Assembly: GCA_964304625.1 (NCBI GenBank)
Contig: OZ199838.1
Span: 6,683,731 to 6,747,730, forward strand
DNA length: 64,000 bases
Direction of reading: 5' to 3'
Origin: Kudoa neothunni
Lineage: Eukaryota > Animalia > Cnidaria
A program made the position numbers and the translations under genes. The notes under the pieces are model-generated. The model ran no database searches, was not told where the DNA came from, and saw nothing but the letters and a program-made list of their open reading frames with translations. Of this stretch, positions 38,601 through 51,000 are shown in pieces. Numbering within the stretch: position 1 is the stretch's first letter; each line of letters begins with the position of its first letter.

Positions 38601-40847
38601 GAAAATGTTTACAATAAAATAATTACCATCTAGATTGAGCTTTTGGGCATCACCTAGAATATGTCCTATTAGGGGATTTTGGGAGATAAGCTCCTCTGAA
38701 AAACTTGGTTGCCATTGTAACGCCGGCACTTCCCCGTCAACTTCAACAACCTCAAAAATCAACATCACATAAAGGTCCTGGAGAGCTTTTTTAGTGTGAT
38801 GAATCGACTTTCCAGAAATTCCTTTTTTCGTAACCAACTCGGAGAAAAAAATATCAAACTGTTTCAGTAAAGAAAAAGCGACTTCACAAAGACCAATCGT
38901 TAGGACAAGGTAAAGAAAAAGAGCGAAATCAGAAGCCATATTCGACAGGGTTTCAGATGAACATGCATTATACTCATCGTTCTAAACAACAAAAATAATT
39001 GTTCGAAATTAATCAATTATAAAATGGACTTGAAAAAGTTGAAAAATCAAGTATAAATGATTCGTTGTCAAATTTATTGTTGTAAATATGAGATGATCTA
39101 ACTTTTCCTTATTGTTAAACTAGAAAAAAATAGAGTATATTTTAATAACCGATTAAAATCTGTTACGTCGAGATTCTTTAGTTTACTATTATGGTTTAGT
39201 TGTTCAAATTCATCGGGATCGTGGATTAAATTGTGTAAAGTGAGTACATGAAATCTAAGCTTAAGTAAACATTCATCGATGGTTTTAAGATGAGGATTGT
39301 TGGAAGTTATTTCACACAAAAAGTTATCAATTTTTTTAATAACATCAGCCCTATGTAAAAAGTAAAAAAATGGGAGCACCAAAAAATTACCCTGAATGCG
39401 GTTGAATCTGGAATTCGGTGGTTATCGACCAACATTTAGAGTCAAATGCTGGCATATATTGTTTTTGAAAAATATGACAATTATAAATCAATTCCAATAA
39501 TGGAATACAATAGCGATTATCCACGAATGGGGTTTTTTGGATTAATTTTAATTCTTTTCTGGAGAAAAATATGATTTTTAATTTGTTAGAAACAGTTTCT
39601 GATTTTGTGATTTTATCGCTAAGGGTAAGAGATGGGTTTTTATCGTCCCATCCCTCTCTAATATTGTACCATTGCTCCAGTATTTTTATACAATTTTTTA
39701 CAGCATTGCTATTCTCATCAAATTTGCCATTATCATAATCAACATATTGCTTGAATAACAGCACATACCATTGGCTGTTAGTTTTGTAAAACCCATTAGT
39801 ACATTTTACCTCAGTATGGAGCGACATTTTCCAACATTCGTATAAAATCTAGAATATTTTAGAGAAGGTGATTTCAATCAGATCTGTTAAGACACTTTTT
39901 GATGCAATTCAATGGATTTTGAAATCAAAGTAATGTGTTCAATTAGAGTGCACAATACTCGACACAATTTCGGCTCAGATGTTGATTTCATCATATAATA
40001 TCGTAAGGCGAGATAATAATTCAGATAATAGATATATAAATTGCTAGATGATTGATCCATTGATACTTCCAGCATGGAATGCATTTCCTTATACCATTCT
40101 ACATCTTTAAGAAGATACACATTTGAGGGGGTGAGATGGAATTTACTTGATTTATTAGAACTTGTTGATATATTGGAAAGAACTTTGGCGGCATTACATG
40201 CGCCATTTGACAAGGTTTGAGGGTTGGCGATTCGACTGGCTAATTGTTTCAATATAAAAACCTCATGTTCAAATTTTTGGAGGGAGTTGTTCGGTGCAGA
40301 AAGTGATGAACAACACAATGAAAATAAACTTGAAATCATTTTTTCATATTTTTCGTGATGACTGTCAAACAGGACCAAAAAATGAGTTATCACAACTCGA
40401 TATTGAGAATGCAGTTGGTTGGAGATCATCCACACAATAATATGAAAGAGAATTTTTAGAATTTTTTCATTTTGCACATAGCTCACAATACGTTGATCCA
40501 TAAAATCCACAGCTATCATTATTCAATAATGTCATTAAAAGTATATATTTTAGCTAAGTTACAAATCAAAACTATATTTAAAAATGTGTTTGTTGAAGAT
40601 CGATTTTCTGGATGTTTCAAATGATCCACTAGTTGACGAAGCACTCCGCTTATAAATGCCAATATTGGATCTATATCCTCGCGGGGAATTTTTTCTTTGG
40701 CGAATTTGGAGGAAAATGCGGCCAAATAATTCTAATGTCAAAAATTAACTATTTATCAAATAAAATTTCGTTTACTTTAATCTTTTCACCAATTAGTTCT
40801 GGTTTAGGGGAATTTTTTAATTGGTCCAAAATAGCACGGGCCTGCAT
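32681..40847 (-). CDS. ESPL1: Separase (peptidase C50), multi-exon
   Basis: WWSTRVALDSRLK, PIILIVD..LPLESM..SRMPS, FYILNPGKDL, catalytic His YCGHGNG and Cys GCSS, SPCIVGNLWDITDKDID, YLNGAAPVIYGIP, stop TAG 32681. The helical N-terminal exons splice in phase across a 2.9-kb intron (35754-38626), and a CTCKEC motif lies at ~35080. Start ATG 40847 (MQARAILDQLK) is inferred. Confidence 0.93.
36674..38142 (+). mobile_element. Decayed piggyBac in the large separase intron
   Basis: TTAA TSDs, TIR ccctccgaaca / tgctcagaggg, and ggggtc..gacccc palindromes. Transposase remnant CFNLFFTDQLLSTII..LNDFRACLGILIYM..EYTKIKGSLYLDD (37178-37520). Confidence 0.85.
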
Positions 40848-41300
40848 TCTCCCTCCAACCGAGTTGCGCCGAATTTCTCTTTTTTAAGTTTCATTATATT
40901 TCTTCATTATTCGTTCTACAAACATAAATTATTTCATAAATTTTCTTTTTTAGATATGTTCAAAGTAGTTTTTGAAACCATTAAATGATAAAGTTTTTAT
41001 TTATTAATCCTAAAATAAAAATAATTTAGAATCGCAGTCAATGTACAAATGCTCATGTTGGAAGGTAATAAATTTTAGCAGAGGGAAGAATTTTTGGTTT
41101 TATATTTGTAAAAAAGTAAAAAATCCCGATATAATTTGTCTCCACCCGCCTCGGTATTAATCGGCAATAATGATACCCTATCTTTGAATAGTAGTTTTTG
41201 TTAGATTTTAATGAAAATATAGTAAATTTACACATTTTAAAAATTTTTTTTCATATTTAACCGTTTGTGTTAATATCATATGAAGATAATATAGTAAATG

Positions 41301-43139
41301 GGTAATGGTATACTGTGTGACTCCAAAAATTCACCATGATCGCGCATATTTTTCGCTTTGATTTTTTCATGGTTATTCTATACGTAAAAAAAATATGGAG
41401 CAATGAAAAAACAAATCAAAATAATTATATCAAAATTCCATAATTTTCTGTGTTATAATCTTAATTTTGTCAAATTAAGCTTGTTTATGAAATAATGATT
41501 GCTAGTTTGTTCAGAGATAAATATCAGTTTTTCTATAGTTAAAGATTGAGAATGTTCTAAAATATTTTATTCTACTTGCCGAAAAGCATTTCTTGATTAT
41601 AGTAATATATTTGATGGATTTAATTAACCGTAAATTATCGCATCCCAAGTAATCAAGGACGATGATCATTTTTGTATAATTATAAATTATTTTCCAACCA
41701 TTTTTATTTTTGAACAAATTATCTGTTAATAAATTAAAAATATATGAGTGGTGACACTTGTATGAGCCTCAATTCGCTTCGTTTATGTATGCGCCCATCA
41801 TGTTCGGTACAGCTTATAAAATCAACAGCAGTATAAGAAAGAAATAACAAGGACTATCATTTTCAAGATTTATCAACAAATACACAATATAATTACCTAC
41901 AGGCGTATTAAATACAATTCTTCTTGCAAGATTATATGTAACCATTAAGGCAAATTTTTTGTAGTAATATTAATTGTCTCATTTCTCCTGAAGATTAAAC
42001 CCTAAACAAATATGCATATATTTTAAAATTTAATGAACATTCCCCTTGATTCTTAAAGATAGGAAATAAATGTCTTAATTTTATATTGTTGAAGTTAAAT
42101 TGTGCTGAATGTTTTATCAGTTCTAGACTTAAGTCAGTTAATTTAATTTATTTTCGTTAGGAATAAAAAATATCTTTTCAAGAATTAATGGTTCGTAAAA
42201 AATTAGTAAATTGTTTAGTGCCGAAAGTCAAAAATTATATATTAACGACGATAATGATTTCGTAAGTCCTAAATAATTTGATGCAATATATTCTCTTAGT
42301 AAATGAAATGTGTTTGGGACGTCATTCAAACGTTATGTTAATATCTAAATTAATAATGCATTTAATTTGTTGAACGTAAATTTTATATGAAAATGAAACC
42401 ACCATGCTAATTAAATAATTCCGCAAAGTAAACATATATTTTGACATAGACAACAAAATATGCGTGAAACTAAGATGTATATAGGTTACAAATACAGTAG
42501 GCGACGGCTCGTGCGCATCTGCCATGATTTAATGACTTACTCAATACTTCTACTAATTAAAATAAATCGAATAAAAGCAAAACTATCCTAATAAATAATT
42601 AAAACCTTAGTTTTTGTTTTAATTCGCTGTAAATAAGAATTAACACATATTTACGACTCTTGGACACTAAGCTTAAGAATTAGGTTGCCCAGGACCCCTC
42701 ACCAACTGTAATTAAAAAAAAATTTTTTTAAATTTAAAAAGGTTTAAACAGAATAATGCTGTAATTTCCAAAATAAAATTTGACGTTAATATTCGTTTTA
42801 TGAATTGCTCTAATTATTTACACGTTTAAAACCTATATTACAATATTATATAACTATAAAAAATTTACTATATTAATTTCGAATTAGAAATGGTCTCCCT
42901 TACGGCTTTAACTAATTATAAAGAGTGACTTGAATTTTTCGACAAAACATAAACCAGCCTAAATTGACAAAATGAAGATTATAACTCGGAAAATATTGGA
43001 ATTTTGAAATAATTATTTTGATTTGTTTTTCCATTGTTTCATATTATTTTTTTACGTATAGAATAACCATGAAAAAAATCTAAGCGAAAAACATGCATGG
43101 TCATGGTGAATTTTAGGGGTCACACAGTACACCATTACC
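41301..43139. mobile_element. Merlin-like non-autonomous element with ~130-bp TIRs
   Basis: 41301-41430 (ggtaatggtatactgtgtgactccaaaaattcaccatgat...) is the reverse complement of ~43010-43139. The termini are related to the element at 2173. The TSD is degenerate. Confidence 0.8.
42495..42708 (+). mobile_element. pogo-type MITE nested in the Merlin-like element; short relative of 62808-63970
   Basis: ta|cagtaggcgacggctcgtg ... cccctcaccaactg|ta. The first ~175 bp align with 62808-62982. Confidence 0.8.
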
Positions 43140-43392
43140 AGTTTATTTTCGGCTAGGTAAGAAGATTGCATGGTGATAAAGTTTTTTTACGGGGAAAAAA
43201 TTTGTTATAAATGCTTTGTGCAACAATTATTAATTTTTGCTAATTACTACAGATATAAGTAGAAAATGATTTAAGTTAAGCACTCTTTAATAAGCTAATC
43301 TAATTTTTCCTTAGCGGTGCTGAAGTAATAATTCCTTTTTCTAAAATAACTTACTCTGGTTTCTATTTTATCATGGTTTTGACTTAAGAGTA

Positions 43393-43462
43393 CAGTAGGT
43401 AACCGATTTTTCGTAATCCCCTCAGGACCATCAAAAAAGTGCGAAGAGTCGGTTACCTACTG
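43393..43462. mobile_element. 70-bp pogo/Tc1-type micro-MITE
   Basis: Perfect 14-bp TIR cagtaggtaaccga / tcggttacctactg with TA TSDs. Confidence 0.85.
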
Positions 43463-43589
43463 TAACATTATTTTATAGAAAGTCATGGAAATGAATCAAA
43501 TTTAATATCGCACTAAATAATCTGCACTAGGTGTCAGAAGTCGAAATCGCAACTCCGATAATTGCTAGATATCGAAACACCAAATGACG

Positions 43590-44020
43590 AAGACAAATAG
43601 CACATCGGTGTGACACTCGGACTCAGAACCATGAGTCAATGGGTTCGAATCTGCCGGTGGTCAGACTACTGCTTCAGTGTCGGTGGGTCTCTATCCTATA
43701 TTTGGGAACTGTGGTTAAAGTGTACGCTTGCTGTGAAGTGGGATGAGCATGAATAGGAGTTAGAATCTCCGGAACCCGTCGAAAGACAAATAATTTGCAG
43801 TCCCCATAGACCCAAAGTCCTTAAAGGGATAGGGTTTGGGGTGGTGGTCGCCCTGAGACGAGGACGTTTAGTGGGTTAAGTCCCCACATTACCGCATAAA
43901 GATAAGGGGCGGGGTTTCATGTTACGTCCTGCGATGCCTAAAGCGTTGATAGAAGAGGTATGACCAGCCAGAATTCCACAACCTAATAAGTTGCGTCAGG
44001 GGTTTTACCTTAACAAAAAA
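43590..44020 (+). mobile_element. tRNA-derived SINE-like element / structured Pol III RNA
   Basis: A-box-like tagcacatcgg (43598-43608) and B-box-like ggttcgaatc (43642-43651). The ~430-nt body is GC-rich relative to its flanks, contains several stems and ends in a short A tail. Confidence 0.7.
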
Positions 44021-44121
44021 TTTTTCTCTTAAAAAAATAGTCATTCGTAAACTACTGGCTATAATAAAAAAATTATTTAAAAACATAATTATGAAACAAT
44101 AATATTAATGTACTTGATTAA

Positions 44122-45008
44122 CCTTTCCGGTACCAGGCGGGGTATATTAGGTACCCCAAATAAGATAATTTCTTCCCAATTCCTAACAAACGCAATTTAT
44201 TCTATTGAAATTTCATGAATGCTTCCCAATTAATTTAGCACATCAGTACGTAAAAATGTTAATTTATATTTAACTTATAACAGAAGCATGGCTTCAAATG
44301 TTTAATTGGTCAGATGGTTTCGTTCATAATAATCATTTTTGCGACTGCAAAATATTCATTTATACTTTGTTGAATATTTAAATCAAGTATATCTCAATAA
44401 TTTTAATTTAGGCTAGATATTTTCAAATTTAAATTATGAGATAAGGATTAACGAAGATTAATACATAACAATCGTGGTCTGATGAATGTTGTTTCGTTGA
44501 GAGTTACAACGTAATTATGTTTAAACTTGATTAAATCACGAAATAGGTTTTGAGGGAAGTTTAGTTGATAACACGGAGTAGAAGCCTGATTTTGAGATCA
44601 AGGCGTTGCCATAACCCGAGGATGATCTCGTGTGCTGTTGTTACCCGAATATTTGTTAATACGTTGATAGGTCTGTGTGTGCTCCTTTCCATAAACTTAG
44701 AAGCTTTATTCGAAATTAGATTTTTTGTACGTGTAACGATCTAATATCGATAAAAAATTTCTACAAGATTTATTTTGGCGTAGGTTGATGTTAAATTGCA
44801 GAATACCAATCGATTAATCGGGTTTCTTGGCCGATTATACACAATAATATATTAAGTACTGATGGGTTAAAACATCTTGAAAATATGTTTTAAGTAGCTT
44901 TGAGTTGTTTGAATAATAAAAAAATAATTTCTAAACTGATTTCTACTGGGGTCTCTCAGGGACCCCATGGGCACATACGGAACTTTTTTGAGTTCGGTAC
45001 AAGAAGAG
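44122..45008. mobile_element. piggyBac-type non-autonomous element (related to 24819)
   Basis: TTAA|cctttccggtaccaggcggggtatattaggtacccc start. Right subterminal palindrome ggggtctctcagggacccc and a degenerate right end. Confidence 0.65.
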
Positions 45009-48000
45009 ATAATATGCTTGGGGGTCTTATTCAATTAGCTTTGCTAATCGGAGTCAATGAACCCAAAAGGTTGGGAAACACCGATTTATTGATTTGCACA
45101 AATTTTTTTTCAACGTTTAAAACAATTTATCTCTAAGAGTAGTCTCATGCTTTCATAAGTAAACAAATCATGCATCTTTCTGAGAATGGTAATGTGAAGT
45201 TTTACTTGGTTTTGATCAAAAATTAGGCTCTCAAAATATGGCAGAGAGCCTGCTCATGACTTAACAAAACAATGTCTTACATTATCGTAATGATTAAAGT
45301 ACTTTTAATTCTAGACTTAAATGATGCCCTCTGTTTTATCTAATCAAATTATTATCGCAGAATATTAAATTTTACACATTTTTGGCTTCATTTGAAGATA
45401 TAAATTCCGTATAATCATACTTATTTAATTGAGCCGAATTTTTGACATGGCATTAACATATTTAATTCAAAATCTACATCCATCTTACTCTCCACAACAA
45501 AACTAACTTAACTTATCATATATATATTGACTAAATTACTTGGAAGTAGTAATTATTTAGAGAAAGGCGGAAAAACAACTTAAAAATTCTATTTATTAAT
45601 GTGGTAGAGAAATATTAATAATTCCAAACTATTTAAACATACAAATGAATTTACGAACCCAGGAATGATCCCAGCCCTTTCTAGTTGAGAAACTAGGGGG
45701 AACTAGCTAAGACTTAAAGAATCAATGTACCGATACTACCATAAAAGTTAAGATATACAGTAACTTATGGCTCGTAAGTAATATCGCAACAAATTATAAA
45801 TTAATTAATTTTTAGAGATTTAACTTACATTCTTCAAAGTTTATAACAATAACAACATATCGCTTCAATTTTACTTTTGAAAAATTGCACTATCAACAGT
45901 TTTTATGCATTTTACAGTATTTTTCGATCATGTTGAAAGCCGCTAGCTCATTTTGTCATTATGCTCAACCAAGATGCAAGTCACTTGCGCTTTACAGTAT
46001 TATAGTGGGCGTAGAATACAAAAGTGAAATAATGGGAACGTTCACTTAAAATAACGAAAAAATTTTTGCTCAACGTAAATCAATAATAAAAAGTAGATGG
46101 CCAAAAAATCGTGACGACTTGGCTGAATATATCGAGAAAATCCCGAATAAGATTTCATTGACATATTTCAAAAATTATTCAAAACGTCCAAAGTTTAATT
46201 TTGCTTCCGCTCTTTAAAGGAAAAAATTAACATTAGAATTATTTTGTAGCATACAGATGTTTAATTATCTTTTTCGTATCAATTCGAGAATATTTTTAAT
46301 TTAGCGAAAAACTTTCGTGTTTACTGAACATTATTGCAGCTTAATCAAGTATTAATTACAAAATACGCCAGCAACTCGCAATTTGACCGAGAAATACTGT
46401 GTCGTGCGCAACGAATTTTCTTCATAACTACGAAGATTATGGCTTGTGAGTCAACAGGCGGTAGAAAAATTCGAACTCTACCCCAACAGTTGAATTAATG
46501 AAATATTATCAAAAAGTAGCGAGTAAATCTACCGCTAAATTTGAAATAATGGTGTTTGATGAAAAAGCAAGATCTATTGTGAATACTATTATAAACATGC
46601 AGATTAGCTGTTTTAACGATAAAACGATTTCACTGTTTCAAATTAAGAAAAACTCGCTAAGGGAGAAAATATGGTAATTAATCTACCACTGAAAGAGTGG
46701 ATTGAACTGATGGGAGCAAAAAAAAGAAGATCCCCGATAAGTTCCTATCAGTTAAACCCATAAGTTCCTTATGATGTATTGCAATCAATACCTGCATCTA
46801 CTAATTGGTTTATGGCTTTATAAAAAGATTTAACATTTCGCATGATACATTTTTAATCTTCAAATTATAAATTGCATTTCAGTAAAAATTAATTCAAATA
46901 TTAAATTATATAAGTATGCTAATTTGTCAAAATATAACGTAATTATTTAAATCTTTGTTTATTTTCACGTGCGCAAAGTTATGTCTTACGTAATTACTTT
47001 AATTACGCACGACCCATAATAAGTCACTAATTCGGATTATTTGAACCAATCTCTATTCCGATATAAAAGTTAGGAATTTCCGCTTAAGATTGGAAATAAT
47101 AATTCAGAATTAACTTCGTAAGTAGAAAAAATATAACTCAAATAACGCTTAGTTGTAATATAATAGTTTAAGATGCGTTATTCCTGGGAAATTACTGTTA
47201 TCGTTATCCACTAAATACGTTGGTAATGCTTTCCCAAGGTTAGATATCGTAGAATTAGCATATCAATCAGAATGAGATAAATTTAAACCGTGCATAATTG
47301 GAATTAGAAATGATTTACACGCATCTGCCTAGCCTTGCGTGTTAATCCATTTTTTTGTTTGATCAAACTCAACCGTATTTAAGGGATAAAACTAGAATCT
47401 ATAATCAACCATTACGAAAGGAGACAGTTCAGATATAAAAATAGATTTATCGCACGAACAGTTGATGTTTTTCGTTGGAATTCTGGATCAAACAAGGAGC
47501 CCTGAGAGAGTCAACAGATGAGCTTATTCGAGGGAGATAAACCCAATTATTTTTCCAGTCATGAAACATCGGCCATCGGCTATGGATGTATCGGATCATT
47601 TCTTTTTGAATATAAAGAGAACGAATAAATTAATGACATCAATTATTTTCTATAATATGAATTTTTCTAATTTGAATGAATTCAGCAAAACCAATTACCT
47701 AAATATAGAAACAGTCATATAGGACAGATTTGATCAATTCGTTTTTCAAACCCTGTTGAATTCCCAGATTATGCCTAATAGGATTAGTTATTAATAGGAT
47801 GTTGGTGTAAAACATTGAAATTCTTTTTTGTTCGAAGATTAATCATCCTAACTATTTATCAATATAAGATACGATAAAATAAAGAAAATTAATTTAGACC
47901 GAGAAACTTTCTACTTAATAGAGCATAACTATTCGACCAAGGTCGAAAATCAAATTATTAGTAGAGGGATTAGTTTTTAAACATTATTTAGCTCACATAA

Positions 48001-48048
48001 AACATAAACCTAATCTTTCGTTGAGGTCCTGCTACCGATAGTGAATAT

Positions 48049-51000
48049 ATGCAACCATTAACGGACAAAGAAAAACGGCGACAACTGTCCGTTCGACAGA
48101 TACCACTTATTGAAAATGTGAAATCTTTCAAGGAGTCATTGAATCGACATTTGCATTACACTGTGATGAAAGATCGAAATACTGCTAACGATTTTGACTA
48201 CTACACTGCACTAGCTCATTCGGTACGTGACAATATGATCAGCAAATGGATCCAAACAAAGCAACGTTATTTTGAAGTTGATCCCAAACGGGTGTACTAT
48301 TTGTCCATGGAATTTTACATGAGTCGCTCGTTGTTGAACACCATGATAAACATGGGAATTGATAGCGAATGTGATCGTGCAATGTATGAGCTGGGTCTCG
48401 ATTTGGAAGATCTTGAAGAACAGGAACCAGACGCTGGTCTTGGTAATGGTGGTCTTGGTCGATTGGCCGCTTGTTTTCTCGATAGCATGGCCACCCTGGG
48501 CTATCCTGCTTATGGTTATGGTATCAGATATGAATATGGACTATTTAGACAAGTGATACAACATTTCGAGCAGGTATTGCTACAGTGGAGGTTGATTCAA
48601 TCTACCGTGTTTGCTTTTCGTGCGTTAGATCGAAGTTCCAGATGATTGGCTCAACAAGGGAAATCCCTGGGAACACGCTCGATTGGAAAGACGCTATAAA
48701 GTGCACTTCGGCGGGAAGGTCATACCAGATGCCGAAGGTTACAACTATCAGTGGGTTGACACAACCATAGTTATAGCTCTCGCCTACGATATTCCCATAC
48801 CAGGTTTCAAGGGGACCAACGTCAACACTTTGAGACTGTGGTCAGCAAAGTCAGAGAAGAACTTCGATCTCAAATATTGTAATGTCTTCTAATTCGCACC
48901 TTATTCGAATGAGTTGGTTCACTTTAGTCAATGGTGGCGACTACATAAAAGCTGTTATTGATAGAAATATTGCTGAAAACATCTCCAAGGTTCTTTATCC
49001 AAATGATAACGTAATAATTGTGAGTTGCATCGCTGCCTATTGACACGATTCAACTGTAGATATTTGTTGGGAAAAAGTTGCGTCTTCAACAAGAATATTT
49101 CCTTGTTTGTGCGACACTTCAAGACATAATAAGAAGGTACCATCAGAATGGTAGAAGATCTTATGATGAATTCCCCAAGAAAGTAGCTCTCACATTTAAT
49201 AAATTATGACTCTTTGTTAGGCGGTTATCCAATTAAATGATACCCATCCAGCTATGGCCATTCCAGAATTGATGCGTATTCTGGTTGATGAAGAAAAACT
49301 ACCATGGGAAAAGGTAATTTATTGGAAATTTAGTCTATCACACTGTGATATCTGTAGGCTTGGGAAATTACCACCAAAACGTTTGCGTACACAAATCACA
49401 CAATTTTGCCTGAAGCTTTGGAGAGATGGCCTGTTTCGCTGATTGACGACTTGCTCCCACGACATCTGATTATAATCTATGCCATTAATCATTCCCATCT
49501 TGAGGTAGATTGATTTGAGTTATTGCAATAAATAATTATTTGGTAGCAAGTAAAAAAAATGTTCCCTCTTGAGCCGGAACGAATTAGAAGAATGTCTATT
49601 GTTGAAGAGTCACCTGTCAAAGCTATCAATATGGCATTCTTGAGTATTGTTGGATCGTTCGCTGTGAATGGAGTTGCGGAACTTCACTCTAATCTGATTA
49701 AGAAAACGATGTACTTAATTTATCATCAATTCGCTAATGAAAGAATTGTGTTAACATTTACATAATTAAAACCAGAATAAAAAATGAGGATGGGTTGAGT
49801 ATAATTTCTTATTTTTTATAGTTATTTAAAAAATTAAATCGAATTCTATGTGAAATTTGAGTAATTTTTTTATTAATGAAGCGTAAAAAATTTATCTGCC
49901 TTTAATTTCTCGATATATAATAATATTTATTACATTCTTTGATAATTTGTTAAATTGCGTTAGCTTATTAGAATTCGATTAATTTTAAATATAAAACTGT
50001 TCATATTTATCCATATAGATTTAATCTTTGATCATTGCTTGCTAAATCAAACGCAGTCTGGAATCTCTCAAGTATGATAAAATAAATTTCATGTTTGATT
50101 CTGAATGCTAGATAAAATAGTTAGCAAACATGAACGACTTATAATTAAGAGAAATAGTTTTTTTTGTAAAGAGACTAAGAAATTGGTTTTAATTTTTGGT
50201 ATTGAAAGCTTTTTAATAATTTTATCGACTTTTTGCTGCATTATTACCTAATAACTTTATTTGAATTAAGTTTTACCTTGTCGAAAAAGTTGTTTTACAA
50301 ATTCTATTTCTCAAAAGTCAGTATCTATTTTTCTTTAGGTTATTCAGCTAAACTAAAAATAGAATAGATAGTTGTGCTTAATTTTTTTACCATTCTATTT
50401 GAATGATAATTAGTCGCTAATGTAAGAAAAAAGCTAATTAAAACCTTTTGAATTAATAATAGCGTAGGAATAAACAAATTGAAAAATTTTCAGCTTCATT
50501 TAGAAAATTTATGAAGTATTGAACCTTATTGGATTTTAACATCTCCAAAAAAGAAATCCTGTCTTAAAGTTTCGCGTGCGTGCGCGGAAACCATTTTTGT
50601 CACTAGATCTTGTTTTATGACGTACAATTGCAACTTATTTTTATTATCTTCTATAGTGAATTATTTCTGGTCTTTCGCTAATTTTTTAATTATCCTTGGG
50701 CTTTCAAAAATTTTCCCGGTTCCAGAAATAATTAACTTGAGTTTACATTACATTAAATGGATTAAATTAGTTCCGGTGGATGGTCACATCCTATATGGAT
50801 TTTTGCGCTATATATGAACGGATATGGGTTTCTTTTTTTAAAATTAGCGTTTCGAATATTTAAAGTTGAATTTTTAATGTAACATTAAATTTCCTGGTTT
50901 TAGAGAGAATTATAGGTAATTAAATTCGATAAAATTATAATGAATTTGCTCAAAACTATTTTGTTTTTTGATATTATTATTAAATCCGAAAGTAGCAATA

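Noticed and set aside
38592-40847. Separate gene upstream of separase
   Set aside because: The last exon's phase-1 donor (38626) joins in frame to the acceptor at 35754, so it is best read as the separase N-terminal region.
43930-43965. Pistol ribozyme (cctaaagcgttgat resembles a pistol core segment)
   Set aside because: The required P1 loop/pseudoknot partner and P3 pairing cannot be built, so this is probably chance similarity.
43870-44010. RNase MRP/P RNA (aagtcccc ... ggggtttt P4-like pairing)
   Set aside because: There is no GAAAGUCCCC consensus and no P1 closing helix. The internal tRNA-type promoter favours a SINE. An Rfam scan would settle it.
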